Positions 63,842-64,000 of a DNA stretch of 64,000 nucleotides are shown here, in pieces. Each line of letters begins with the position of its first letter. Position 1 is the first letter of the stretch. The notes beneath the pieces were generated by a model, which did not search any database, was not told the DNA's origin, and saw only the letters and a list, made by a program, of their open reading frames with translations. Source of the stretch: an uncultured Planktotalea sp. (GTDB lineage Bacteria; Pseudomonadota; Alphaproteobacteria; Rhodobacterales; Rhodobacteraceae). The DNA is taken from assembly GCA_965367685.1 (NCBI GenBank), contig CBDUJY010000006.1:92773-156772 (forward strand), given 5' to 3'. The position numbers were made by a program, and so were the translations under genes.

Positions 63842-64000
63842 ATGGTTGGCTGCCCCCGTGAGATGAGATCAAAAGATCTGATTCTTGCTTGCTGTGATTT
63901 CGGCAATAGCCCGTCCCCAACGGGCCCGCACATAACCACATTCCACGGGATTTAAGGCTTACATGATTCCAGCTGCCCGCGCAACCAAACCGCAAGAGGA

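Noticed and set aside
63842-64000. Weak hairpin GCCCGT-tgggg-ACGGGC upstream of pyrG as terminator of an off-window gene (secG is often here)
   Set aside because: The stem is short with no T-tract, and the upstream gene is outside the window, so this cannot be evaluated.

Overview
GC-rich chromosomal window with the gene content and synteny of an alphaproteobacterium, probably Rhodobacteraceae (inference only, no search was run). About 64 densely packed protein-coding genes; I found no rRNA, tRNA, CRISPR, transposase or integrase. Content is mostly housekeeping and catabolic: partial cysI plus DUF2849; dctBD-dctPQM (TRAP C4-dicarboxylate uptake); a valine-catabolic set (acyl-CoA dehydrogenase, 3-hydroxyisobutyryl-CoA hydrolase, mmsB ... 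mmsA plus a LysR regulator); coaD; two tandem gap paralogs; tkt; zauP-like/zapA; grxD-bolA; purL; an indolepyruvate:ferredoxin oxidoreductase family gene; murI; argC; ccmE/ccmF/ccmH; gltA; gltX; comEC; a gamma-glutamylation-type amine cluster with an amino-acid ABC transporter; TerB/DUF1330; pyrG. The most interesting locus is a five-gene, start/stop-overlapping lysis cassette between ccmE and ccmF: GH108 muramidase, '3TM gene-transfer-release' type holin and three uncharacterised small membrane ORFs. No phage structural or integrase genes accompany it. It looks like a domesticated GTA-type lysis module. A perfect CtrA box lies upstream of comEC. Other signals: a dispersed intergenic repeat family (5 copies), a candidate CCUCCC sRNA, an 8-bp x7 tandem repeat upstream of bolA, phased TTTAAA repeats, a DctD homolog lacking the GAFTGA region, LacI-type operator-like sites at both gap promoters, and a convergently overlapping paralog pair next to an AT-rich island that splits the valine cluster. 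All starts were chosen by eye from RBS and paralog context. All family calls rest on remembered motifs, not searches.
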